From an uncultured Bacteriovoracaceae bacterium (GTDB taxonomy: Bacteria > Desulfobacterota > Desulfomonilia > UBA1062), in the NCBI GenBank assembly GCA_964456565.1, contig CAYWBU010000001.1, positions 22,827 to 86,826 of the forward strand: DNA of 64,000 nt, given 5' to 3'. The notes under the pieces are model-generated. The model had not been told where the DNA came from. It searched no databases and saw only the letters and a list, made by a program, of their open reading frames with translations. A program made the translations under genes and the position numbers. This document shows positions 52,173 through 64,000 of the stretch, in pieces (position 1 is the stretch's first letter; the number at the start of each line of letters is the position of its first letter).

Positions 52173-52682
52173 ATGTACAGAAAAATCGGATTACTGGTGG
52201 GAATCTTGATAGTGGGCCTGGGGTTCTGTGCAGCCAATGCCAAAATGCCGGCATATGATGCCCTTACCGGACTGCTGGTGGACATCAAGGGGTGGGAGGC
52301 AACTGCCGCCGAAGGCAGCCAGATGAATCATCCCATGACCGGCGAAATGGTTTCGGCAACCCGGGATTACTCCAAAGATGGCGCGACCTTTACGGCCAAC
52401 CTGATCGGCGGCGGACCGGCCCAGATGGCCATGATGCCTTTTGCCATGAATTTCAGCCTGGATTCATCGGATGAGATGGTCAAAAATGAAGACATTGACG
52501 GCTTTAAGGTCCACCGCCAGCACTATAAGTCGGACAAAGAGGGCTCTGTGGTAGTGGCCATTTCCGATACGGCTCCGGCAGCGGTTTTTGTGCTTAATTA
52601 CGAAGGACTGAGCGCTGAGGATGCCCTTGAAATGGTTAAAAAGTTTCCCTGGAAAAAAATGCAGAAGATTTTCTCCAATTAG
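52173..52682 (+). CDS. secreted hypothetical protein
   Basis: N-terminal signal peptide (LLVGILIVGLGFCAANA). No recognised domain. Confidence 0.45.
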   Translation: MYRKIGLLVGILIVGLGFCAANAKMPAYDALTGLLVDIKGWEATAAEGSQMNHPMTGEMVSATRDYSKDGATFTANLIGGGPAQMAMMPFAMNFSLDSSDEMVKNEDIDGFKVHRQHYKSDKEGSVVVAISDTAPAAVFVLNYEGLSAEDALEMVKKFPWKKMQKIFSN

Positions 52683-52891
52683 CTTTGGGTTATCCGTGAA
52701 TAGATTGTGAGGCTGCGGGCCGTTGAGCGGTTCTCCCGGATCAGCGGCTTGCAGTTGTCGAGAACTGGCTGTCATGGGATCATATATGATAGTCTGCTCA
52801 TATATGGTCATTGTGGACGGCTTGACATTTCCTATTGGTTCGGTCATAAACTCAATTGCTTCATCAAATAATAAGAAGGAAGTAGATTGAG

Positions 52892-53644
52892 ATGGCTCTT
52901 CTTGAAATAAAAAATCTGCATGTATCCGTTGCCGGAAATGAGATTCTGCGAGGAATCGATCTGACGGTGGAAGAGGGTAAAACCGTTGCGATTTTCGGCC
53001 CCAACGGATCCGGTAAATCGACATTAATGGGTGCCATAGCCGGTCTGCCCGGCTATGAAGTGAATGCGGGCGAAATATTTTTCAAGGGCCGCGAAATATC
53101 ACGACTCACGATTGATGAACGTTCAAAGATGGGGATAGGCCTTTCCTTTCAGAGTCCCCCCGCCATCAAGGGAGTAGGGCTGCGGACCCTGCTTAAAAGT
53201 CTCGGGGCCGATGAGGAGGCAATTGACAGTCACGCCGCCTCTCTCAATATGGCCGATTATCTGGAACGCGATGTGAATGTCGGTTTTTCCGGAGGTGAGC
53301 GCAAGCGCTCCGAGGTCCTGCAGCTGATGATTCAGAATCCCGATTTTCTGTTACTGGATGAGCCCGAGTCGGGAGTTGATATTGAGAATATATCAGTAAT
53401 ATCAGAGGCTTTAAGAACGCTGCTCGAAAAGGATAAGCCCATAAGCAAACGCACCCGATCGGCATTGATAATCACACATACCGGGTTTATTCTGGACTAT
53501 ATAATGGCAGATGTGGCCTATGTCATCATGAACGGGCACGTGCTCGGTTGCGGATCGGCAGCTGATATCTTCGAAGAAATCAAGAATCACGGCTATCGTG
53601 AATGCTCCAAATGTTTCGCTGAAAAATTCAAGGAAGTCTTATAA
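52892..53644 (+). CDS. sufC: Fe-S cluster assembly ATPase SufC
   Basis: LEIKNLHVSV...GPNGSGKSTL...LSGGE.KR.E.LQ....P.FLLLDEPESG.D. Confidence 0.9.
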   Translation: MALLEIKNLHVSVAGNEILRGIDLTVEEGKTVAIFGPNGSGKSTLMGAIAGLPGYEVNAGEIFFKGREISRLTIDERSKMGIGLSFQSPPAIKGVGLRTLLKSLGADEEAIDSHAASLNMADYLERDVNVGFSGGERKRSEVLQLMIQNPDFLLLDEPESGVDIENISVISEALRTLLEKDKPISKRTRSALIITHTGFILDYIMADVAYVIMNGHVLGCGSAADIFEEIKNHGYRECSKCFAEKFKEVL

Positions 53645-54726
53645 TGGAACTGCAGCAGTTTGAACTTGAAAAGATCGGATATGATTCCAGTATCGCCAGT
53701 TGCGGTAATTTTCTGGTGCTTGATCACGATGTAAAGAGCGCTTCGCATAATATAAAGGGGCTTGAGGTCCTGGCATTAGCGGAAGCCTTCAAAAAGTATC
53801 CCCATGTTGAAAAAGATCTGTATTTCAATATTGTTGAGCGCCATAAGAATGAATTTACCGAACTGGCTGCCAGCCGGGAGCCGGTGGGTTACTATGTGCG
53901 GGTTGAAAATGATGTGAAGATTGCAGATCCATTGCAGGCCGCTTTTCTGCTGGGGACGGCCGGCAGCACCCAGGTGCTGCACAACATTATCGAGGTTGGC
54001 GAGAATGCCAGCCTGCACATAGTAAACGGATGTTCATCGGCCTGCCATGCCGGCGGCGGGCGCCATATCGGAATCACTGAAACATATCTGGCAAAGGGGG
54101 CAACCCTGGGCTATACCATGCTTCACAACTGGGGCCCGGATGTTGAAGTCTATCCGGTGGGTGCGGCGGATGTCGGCGAAGATGCCCGTTACATATCTAA
54201 TTATGTGGCCATGAGCGGGGTAAAGAAAATTGTCAGCAATCCCGTGGCCCATGTTTCAGCCGGAGGCAGCGCCCAGTTTTATTCGATAATCTATTCCAGG
54301 GAAGATTCCTATTTTGACACCGGGTCGGTGGCCATGCTGAACGGTGACGGGGCCAGTGGTGAGATTGTCAGCCGGGTTGTGGCCGAGGCCGGCACCGTGA
54401 TCTCCCGCCAGAAGCTTTCCGGAAACGTCAAGGGCACCATCGGACACATGGAGTGCAGCGGCCTGCTGATAAATGAACGGGGCGTGATCCATTCAATCCC
54501 GGAACTGCGCGGGGCTCATCCGGATATCAATCTTTCCCATGAGGCGGCCGTCGGACGCATCTCCAAGGCGGAACTCAGCTATCTCATGGCCCGTGGGTTA
54601 ACTGAAGATCAGGCCAGAGCTTTGATAATACGCGGTTTTCTGGATATCAAGATCGAAGGATTGCCACCCAAGGTACAGGCCCTGATCGATGAAACGGTTG
54701 AGCGGTCTGTAGCCGGAGGGATATAG
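53644..54726 (+). CDS. sufD: SufB/SufD-family Fe-S assembly protein (short, SufD-like)
   Basis: 360 aa with the beta-helix SufBD core. ATGG overlap with sufC. Confidence 0.7.
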   Translation: MELQQFELEKIGYDSSIASCGNFLVLDHDVKSASHNIKGLEVLALAEAFKKYPHVEKDLYFNIVERHKNEFTELAASREPVGYYVRVENDVKIADPLQAAFLLGTAGSTQVLHNIIEVGENASLHIVNGCSSACHAGGGRHIGITETYLAKGATLGYTMLHNWGPDVEVYPVGAADVGEDARYISNYVAMSGVKKIVSNPVAHVSAGGSAQFYSIIYSREDSYFDTGSVAMLNGDGASGEIVSRVVAEAGTVISRQKLSGNVKGTIGHMECSGLLINERGVIHSIPELRGAHPDINLSHEAAVGRISKAELSYLMARGLTEDQARALIIRGFLDIKIEGLPPKVQALIDETVERSVAGGI

Positions 54727-56118
54727 GCACCCTTTGTATTTTCGTTATTTCGAGGTCATCCAAGCCTCCGGGATGTCTTACTTGAATCCAGGGGGCTTAA
54801 AACTCAAAATTTGAGCAGTTTTTTTTGAGGGATGCTTGAAAGGCCGGTTTTGTCTCAAACAGATCGTCAGGGTAGATAGGTTGAATATATCTAAAACCGA
54901 ATCCATCAGTAATTTAACATAACATATATTATCGGACCTAAATAATAAGAACCCTCCGGATCGAGGGGGGCTCATGTACGATAGTCGGCATTGATCTCAA
55001 CATATTTATAGGAGAAGTCCGTGGTCCATGCTGTAAAAGAGCCTGGGCCGTCACCGACACTGATGGAAATCTTGATGTCGTGCTGCTGCATGATTTTATG
55101 GGCGCGGTCTTCCGAATAATCGGGATGGCGTTCGCCAGCCAGCACAACCGGCTGATCACCAATATGCATTGAAATCCCGGCGGACTCGATGGCTATGCCG
55201 CTGTAGCCGACAGCCGCAATGATCCGACCCCAGTTGGGGTCCTCGCCGAAGATAGCAGTCTTTACCAGCGGTGATTTGGCGACTGCCATTGCCACGGTTT
55301 TGGCAGATTCAATGGTGGCAGCTCCATTGACTTCAATCTCGGCCAGCTTTGTTGCCCCCTCACCATCGCGCACCACCATTAAGGCCAGATCCCTGATTAC
55401 CGCATGGACCGCTGCATCAAGCTCATCCGGATTAACCTGGTGAACCTGACTGGCCATCAGGATCAGTGTGTCGTTGGTGGACATATCTCCATCAACGCTA
55501 ATGGCATTGAAGGTGTCCTTGACCGCGTTATCAAGAATCTGCTGCAATTGCTCGGGTGTCGCGACCGCATCGGTCATGACGATCGCCAGGGTCGTTGCCA
55601 TATTGGGGGCAATCATCCCCGATCCCTTGGCGACTCCCAGCACAGTGGCCTCGCCTACGGAGCGTTCAGACACCTTGGTGCAGGTATCCGTGGTAAGAAT
55701 GGCCTTGGCAAAAGAGTCAATATCATCACCCAGATTCCGGACAAGCTGCGGCACGGCAGCTTCGATTCTTTCAGCGGGCAGTCTCTCACCTATAACGCCG
55801 GTTGACATGGGGATGACCTCATCGGTTTCAATCCTGAGCTGGCGGGCGGCTGCCTGCATGGTGCGGCGGGCGTCCTGTATTCCGTTTTCACCGGTGCAGG
55901 CATTGGCATTGCCGGAGTTGATAAGGATGGCCCTGGCCTTGCCTTGCCGGACAATGTCCATGTCAATCAGGACCGGTGCGGCTTTGACGGCATTGGTTGT
56001 GAAAACCCCGGCCACGGCCGCCTCCTGTTCACAGTATATCAGCCCCAGATCAAGCCGGGTGCTTTCCGGCGATTTCACTCCGGCATTAATTGAAGAAAAT
56101 TTGAAAAAATCCGGCATA

Positions 56119-58752
<2,634 letters not shown>

Positions 58753-58807
58753 AGATACACAGCCTTTGATTCATATTTACTGAAATGTAAATAGAATACT
58801 GGGAGGC

Positions 58808-59737
58808 TTATTTCAACATGTATCTTTGTGGATTTACATGGATACCGTTAACCAGAACTTCATAATGGAGATGGGGCCCGGTTGATCGGCCGGTGTTGCC
58901 GATAAATGCAATTTTGTCGCCTTTAACGATCTGCTGGCCGACTTCGACATTTGAGGCTTTGAGATGACCGTAGCGGGTGACTATGCCGTAGCCATGATTG
59001 ATCACCAGGAAGTTGCCGTAGCCGCCATTCTTTTTGTAGGCGGTCACGATTCCGTCGGCCGGGGCAAAAATCGGGGTTCCCTGACGGGCTGCAATGTCAA
59101 TGCCCTTGTGAAAATGCCGCCGTCCTGTGAAAGGTGAATTGCGCCACCCGTAAGAAGAGGATACCCAGCCTCTGGAAGGCCAGATAGAAGGAGTATGCGC
59201 CATCAGTGACCGCTGGCGCTCCAGTTCGGTCAGCAACTCTCTGGATATCTGATTTTCAACGTCAATATCATCCTCGATCTGTTTGATATGGGAATGCAGT
59301 TTGCGGGTGATAATTTTTTCCGTCAGCACCTCGCTGTTCATGCTTTCAGAGATTGTGCCGCTGCCGGAGCCAACCTCACCGCCGCCGATGCCGACGATTT
59401 CTTCATGGGTTTCCAGATCGATCTTGGCTATTTCACTCAGATGGCGGTTGAAGCATCGCAGGTCATTCATCTCGGTGTCAAGCTTGACAACTTTGTCGGT
59501 GAGGACAGCGAGCTGCTTCTTCTGCTGCTTGTTGACCTGCTTTATGTTGTCGATTCTTGTGAGGTCCGCCCTCAGGGTGTACAGCCGGTACCCGGCAATA
59601 CCTGAAAAAACTGTGAGGCTGACAAAAAGAACGGCTGCCAAAATAAAAATCGATGATGAAACCGAAGTTTTTTTCATCGATTTGTTATCTTCTGATATTA
59701 ATAAAACTGTCCAACGTGATCTCATGCGACTTTTCAC
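58808..59737 (-). CDS. M23 family metallopeptidase with N-terminal coiled coil (EnvC-like)
   Basis: Signal/TM segment, coiled coil, then HKGIDIAA..GTPI.A...G.V........GYGN...I.HG.G..T.YGHL...GTGRSTGPHLHYEV. Confidence 0.8.
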   Translation of the reverse strand: MKSRMRSRWTVLLISEDNKSMKKTSVSSSIFILAAVLFVSLTVFSGIAGYRLYTLRADLTRIDNIKQVNKQQKKQLAVLTDKVVKLDTEMNDLRCFNRHLSEIAKIDLETHEEIVGIGGGEVGSGSGTISESMNSEVLTEKIITRKLHSHIKQIEDDIDVENQISRELLTELERQRSLMAHTPSIWPSRGWVSSSYGWRNSPFTGRRHFHKGIDIAARQGTPIFAPADGIVTAYKKNGGYGNFLVINHGYGIVTRYGHLKASNVEVGQQIVKGDKIAFIGNTGRSTGPHLHYEVLVNGIHVNPQRYMLK

Positions 59738-60073
59738 TCCGTACTATTCCGCGCTTCTTATATCCAGATTTGCGCTCAACATGCAAGCATCAGGGATGTT
59801 AGCTTGATATATAATGTAATTATCAGCAGATGCAATACATCGGGGAGCAGGGAAAGCCCCTTTCCATGCAGCCTTTTCGGCGCTGAAAAATTCTCCATTT
59901 ATGGGCTCAGACTTATGCATACCCATAATATCGGTTAGTTGCATATTAGGCTTTAGTTTCGGTAACATTTTTGACACTGAAGAGCCGGTTTGGGATGTTT
60001 GTTGAAATTCAACCAGAAGACCGGAGGATTGATGCGAAGAGTGCATCTCCCCGGAATAGATGACGAATTTGAT

Positions 60074-60541
60074 CTAATTGTCGGGGAGTTCATATATCAG
60101 GGCCGTTTCCCTGCAGTTCGGGAAATATTGGCATTTGATACAGTCCGCCCAGATTTTACTGGGCAGTTCATTTTTATCGATCAGGCTGAACCCAATGGCT
60201 TTGAAAAAATCCGGAACATAAGTCAGGGTAAAGATTTTCTTGATGCCCAGATCGGGAGCCTCGGCGATGCATTTTTCAACCAGGAGCCGTCCCATACCGT
60301 TGCCCTGCAGTTCATCGCGGACCGCAAGGGTGCGGATTTCCGCAAGGTTCTCCCAGGAAACCTGAAGGGCGCAGCAGCCATTTATGCGTTTCACATCCTC
60401 TTCATCCCTGATGACCCAGAAATCGCGGATAGAGGAGTAGACCGAATACAGCGATTTGGGCAGCATCAACTCCTTTTTCACAAAAGGGTCGATCAGATCC
60501 CTGATAAGCGGGGCATCATTTACATTGGGTTTAACGATCAT
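60074..60541 (-). CDS. GNAT family N-acetyltransferase
   Basis: Acetyl-CoA binding motif R..GNGMGRLLVE. 155 aa. Confidence 0.6.
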   Translation of the reverse strand: MIVKPNVNDAPLIRDLIDPFVKKELMLPKSLYSVYSSIRDFWVIRDEEDVKRINGCCALQVSWENLAEIRTLAVRDELQGNGMGRLLVEKCIAEAPDLGIKKIFTLTYVPDFFKAIGFSLIDKNELPSKIWADCIKCQYFPNCRETALIYELPDN

Positions 60542-60613
60542 ACTGTCACCTGAGATATTTTGAATAGAGATAGATCATTGTGACCTGCAAAAGTCAATCG
60601 GATTCTAATCGGA

Positions 60614-62263
60614 TCAGTTAAGACTAAGAAGTTCCCTGGCATGGTCCAAGACCGCCGGCGTTGGTTCGCTGCCGCCCATCATGCGGGCCAGCTCGCTTAC
60701 CCGGTCATCCTGGTCGATTATTCTGACACGGGAGACGGTCTGATTGTTTTCAACTGCTTTGGCGACATACAGGTGTGAATCAGCAAGAGCGGCAACCTGG
60801 TGCAGATGGGTCACCACAATGGTCTGTGATTTGCTGGTGAGGTCCTTCAGTCGACAGGCCACCATGTTGGCGGTCTGGCCGCTGATTCCGGCATCAATCT
60901 CGTCAAAGATCATGGTTGCACTGCGGTTTTCGTTCTGCTGGGTTTTGATGGCCAGCATGATCCGGCTCAGTTCGCCCCCGGACGCAATCTGGGAGAGCGG
61001 CTGCATATCATGGCCCACATTTGTTGAGATCATGAACTCTCCGCCCAGCATCTTTGTCGGCGATGCCTGTTCAGGATCTTCGGGAACAATTTTTTCGATA
61101 TCACCGGCTGCTATCTGCCTGATCCCCAGTTTGGTGCCCTGCATGCCGAGGTCATGCAGGTCGCGGTTGATTTTTTCTGCCATAATATCCCCTGCCGCCG
61201 AACGGCGCAGAATGAAATCATGCAGGACGGTTTTATAGTCACTGCAGGCCGCAGCGAGCCGCTGGCGGTATCTGCCAAGGTGAGCTGAACTGTCGTCGGC
61301 AATCTCCAGTTTCTGTCTGGTGGCCTCCAGCAGCCTGACAAGCCCGTCTTCGTCGGTAGCATATTTGCGTTTCAGCGCGCGGATTGTCTGCAGCCGCTCC
61401 TCCTGCTCGTCAATCCAGGCCTGATCGAAATCATAACTCTCATGGCGGTTTCTGAGCAGCAGGTAAAGCTCCTCGGCCGAGGCCTGAATGGTTTCAATCA
61501 GGTGCATGCCCTCATCAAGCCCGTTGTCGGCCTCTATCAGCTTTCGCAGGATACCCTCCGCTTGGGCGGCCTGATCAACAATGGAGCCGTTCTCGGCATA
61601 TACATACTGGATGGCATTCATGGTCCCGTTTTTTAATTCCGCCGCCCGTCTGGCAATTTCAAGTTCCTGCTCAATCCGGCTTTCCAAATCCGGTTCAATG
61701 GCGGCCAGCTCAAGCTCTTCGACTGAAAATCTAAGATTTTCAAGTTCGCTTATATTTTGATTGACTTCCTGTTCCGCGTGCCGGCAGTCGATGGCGGCCT
61801 GCCGGAAAAGTTCAAACTTCTCTTCAACCTCCCGGCGCTCAATGTCCGCGGTTTCTTCAAGGATACGCATATGTTCGCGGGGATTGAGCAGGTCCTGGTA
61901 CTGGTGCTGCCCATAGATATGGATCAGCTCCGCAGTCTTTGCACCGAGCTGATTCACGGTTACCAGATCTCCATTGATAAAACAGCGGTTGCGTCCGGAA
62001 GATGTAATTTCACGGCGTATAACCGTTTCGCCGTCAATGCCATTGGAAAACAGGGCTTCGATTACGCACTTGGGGCTTCCGGGGCTTAAGATCCCGGGGT
62101 TGGCCCTCGCCCCCATCAGCAGGGTCAATGCCCCGATAACCAATGATTTGCCGGCGCCGGTTTCACCGGTGATGCAGTTGAGACCCGGACTGAACTCGAT
62201 TGCGACCTCATCAAATATGGCCATGGAAGATATCTTCAGCAGTTCAATCATCTTTCCTGCCAT
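60614..62263 (-). CDS. recN: DNA repair protein RecN
   Basis: SMC-like protein with Walker A GETGAGKSL at the N-terminus, a long coiled coil, and signature SGGELSR with Walker B at the C-terminus. Confidence 0.9.
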   Translation of the reverse strand: MAGKMIELLKISSMAIFDEVAIEFSPGLNCITGETGAGKSLVIGALTLLMGARANPGILSPGSPKCVIEALFSNGIDGETVIRREITSSGRNRCFINGDLVTVNQLGAKTAELIHIYGQHQYQDLLNPREHMRILEETADIERREVEEKFELFRQAAIDCRHAEQEVNQNISELENLRFSVEELELAAIEPDLESRIEQELEIARRAAELKNGTMNAIQYVYAENGSIVDQAAQAEGILRKLIEADNGLDEGMHLIETIQASAEELYLLLRNRHESYDFDQAWIDEQEERLQTIRALKRKYATDEDGLVRLLEATRQKLEIADDSSAHLGRYRQRLAAACSDYKTVLHDFILRRSAAGDIMAEKINRDLHDLGMQGTKLGIRQIAAGDIEKIVPEDPEQASPTKMLGGEFMISTNVGHDMQPLSQIASGGELSRIMLAIKTQQNENRSATMIFDEIDAGISGQTANMVACRLKDLTSKSQTIVVTHLHQVAALADSHLYVAKAVENNQTVSRVRIIDQDDRVSELARMMGGSEPTPAVLDHARELLSLN

Positions 62264-63111
62264 TTGAGTTTGGAGCGCAGAACCTGGAAAAAATCGCGCT
62301 GCGGGAATCTGAGCATGATTGCTTTTTCAGTGCTGCTTTTTACCTTGAGTTTGTCACCGGCCTGCAGCGGGTGTCCCTGCTGACCATCCAGGGTGAGGTA
62401 AATGTCATCAGCATCCTTTATAATAATGGTTCCCTCCTGGCTGTCGGGCAGGACGATGCTCCGGTTGGAGAGCATATGCGGACAGATAGGTGTCATTATC
62501 ACGGCCCGCACCGCCGGATGGAGGATGGGGCCGCCGGCCGCCAGGTTGTAGGCCGTAGAACCGGTCGGGGTGGATACGATAAGTCCGTCAGCCCTGTAGC
62601 GGGTTATAAAGGTCGAATCTGTCCAGACTTCGATATCAAATATCCTAGCCAGGGCGGCCTTGGTGATCACCAGATCATTGAGTACGAGCTGGCATGCTAT
62701 GGTTTCTCCATCGCGGATCAAGGAGACCTCGAGCATGGCTCGTTCTTCGCGAATCAGTTCATTGTTCAGGATGGCCTCAAGCGCATCGTAAACCTCATCC
62801 TGGGTGATTTCCGTAAGAAAACCCAAGAAACCCATGTGGACCCCCAGGATCGGGATCTCCGAGGGCGTTGACATACGGATGCTGCGCAGAAGGGTTCCAT
62901 CCCCGCCGAGGACGACAATAAATTCAGAGCCGGTCCAGAGGTCGGCGGTACGGGCTGTCTGGATATGGTCGGCGATATGGTCTTCAAGCAGGCAGTCGAT
63001 GCCCTTGTCAACAATCCAGCTGTAGACCCTTGATGCCAGATCAAGTGCGTCGGAACTGTTTTCCTTACAAGCTATTCCAATTGCCATCATGCCACATATA
63101 CAGGCGCTCAA
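62248..63111 (-). CDS. nadK: NAD kinase
   Basis: GGDGT motif (VVLGGDGTLL), NE/D and DG..VSTP.GSTAYNLAAGGPI motifs. Confidence 0.85.
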   Translation of the reverse strand: MSACICGMMAIGIACKENSSDALDLASRVYSWIVDKGIDCLLEDHIADHIQTARTADLWTGSEFIVVLGGDGTLLRSIRMSTPSEIPILGVHMGFLGFLTEITQDEVYDALEAILNNELIREERAMLEVSLIRDGETIACQLVLNDLVITKAALARIFDIEVWTDSTFITRYRADGLIVSTPTGSTAYNLAAGGPILHPAVRAVIMTPICPHMLSNRSIVLPDSQEGTIIIKDADDIYLTLDGQQGHPLQAGDKLKVKSSTEKAIMLRFPQRDFFQVLRSKLKWQER

Positions 63112-63145
63112 GTCGACTTGTCCAGCTGAAATTCCCGGCCGTTTA

Positions 63146-64000
63146 TCAGCCTTTCTGCAGCAGGGATACGGATTCTATATGATATGTTTGGGGGAACATG
63201 TCGAATAGCCTGATATCCTTGATATGGTAGCCGTGATTACCGAGAGCCTTGAGATCTCTGGAAAGGGTTGCCGGATTACAGGAGACGTAGATAACCCTTT
63301 GAGCTCCTGTTGCAGCAATGCCGGGAGCCAGCCCTTTGGCCCCTTCCCGGGGCGGATCAAGAATGACCGTATCAAACTCTAATTTTTCGTTGGAAATCGA
63401 CTGCAAGGCCTTGCGTACATCAATGGGCATGAAGCGAATGCCGGTGGTCTGGTTTTTTCTGGCATTGGATTTGCCTTGGGCGGCAAGTCGACGATCCCTT
63501 TCAATGGCCGTAACTTCGGCACCTGAGGCTGCCAGCGGAATACCGATATTGCCGCTGCCGCTGTAGAGATCAAGGATTCTGGGTTCGCCTACGGCAAGGT
63601 CGATAATATGGTTGACCATGGCATTGTTGACATCCATGTTGGCCTGGATGAATCCACCCATTCCTGTAGACAGGGTCAATTTCCCGTGGGGGGTGTTTAT
63701 CTGGTAGCGACAGTAATCCTGGCCAAGGGAATAGGCTTTTTTGCGTTGGCCAGGATAGATGAAGGCCGCTCCGGCAATATCCAGTTCCTTATAGAGACTG
63801 TTTATGGTTTCAAAATCAGAACCATGGAGTGTCCCGCGGCAGCGGCCCATGACGAGAGTTTCATCAGCGGGACTATGGATATCCAGGGAATACAGCCCGC
63901 GAATAGGCCTCCATTTAAGTCGTTCCCGGATTTCCAAATAGATTGACTGAATTCTGGGGTTCATGACCGGACAGTGTTCCACATCGATCACGGTGTTGGT
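63146..64000 (-). CDS. RumA/TrmA-family RNA (uracil-5)-methyltransferase, C-terminal part (N-terminus beyond window edge)
   Basis: SAM fold LDLYSGSGNIG...DPPR.G...YVSCNP.TL.RD. The frame stays open to position 64000. Confidence 0.7.
   Translation of the reverse strand, partial: TNTVIDVEHCPVMNPRIQSIYLEIRERLKWRPIRGLYSLDIHSPADETLVMGRCRGTLHGSDFETINSLYKELDIAGAAFIYPGQRKKAYSLGQDYCRYQINTPHGKLTLSTGMGGFIQANMDVNNAMVNHIIDLAVGEPRILDLYSGSGNIGIPLAASGAEVTAIERDRRLAAQGKSNARKNQTTGIRFMPIDVRKALQSISNEKLEFDTVILDPPREGAKGLAPGIAATGAQRVIYVSCNPATLSRDLKALGNHGYHIKDIRLFDMFPQTYHIESVSLLQKG

Noticed and set aside
54952-54967. Short hairpin CCCTC-CGGATC-GAGGG just downstream of the argJ stop
   Set aside because: The stem is only 5 bp, too weak to call a terminator with confidence.
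59744-60046. 100-aa ORF inside the 336-bp intergenic region upstream of the M23 peptidase
   Set aside because: Low-complexity translation with no RBS or motif. The region is more plausibly the promoter/5' UTR of the peptidase gene.

Overview
This 64-kb window reads as a contiguous chromosomal segment of an anaerobic, Desulfobacterota-like bacterium. The lineage guess is an inference from gene content: 7TMR-DISM and PAS/GAF histidine kinases, an HD-GYP regulator, a membrane H+-pyrophosphatase, an Isf-type iron-sulfur flavoprotein and a SufCD-type Fe-S system. It is densely packed with housekeeping genes on both strands. These include ppdK (3' end), tmk, htpG, rnhA, an ABC-F ATPase, eno, uvrC, pth, nadCAB, a long rplU-rpmA-obg-proBA-nadD-rsfS-rlmH operon, tRNA-Val, rng-tsaC-ttcA-miaA-mutL-pgi, sufC/sufD, argJ, secA, recN and nadK. 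Several two-component proteins are interspersed, plus a few secreted or lipoprotein ORFs of unknown function. I found no CRISPR array, transposase, integrase, restriction-modification system or obvious defence island. The segment does not look like a mobile or accessory region. The most unusual observations are: (1) the plsB homologue is interrupted by a single in-frame TAG directly in front of its catalytic HXXXXD motif; (2) a stand-alone radical-SAM/SPASM enzyme with its own RBS and terminator, divergently paired with a small peptide-like ORF and a YkgJ-type CxxCxxCC cysteine-cluster protein; (3) a response regulator carrying a C-terminal 4-Cys zinc-ribbon-like tail; (4) a tandem flavodoxin/Isf-like redox protein next to an orphan REC protein and a geranylgeranyl-reductase homologue. 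All functional calls come from reading motifs by eye, and no database search was run.
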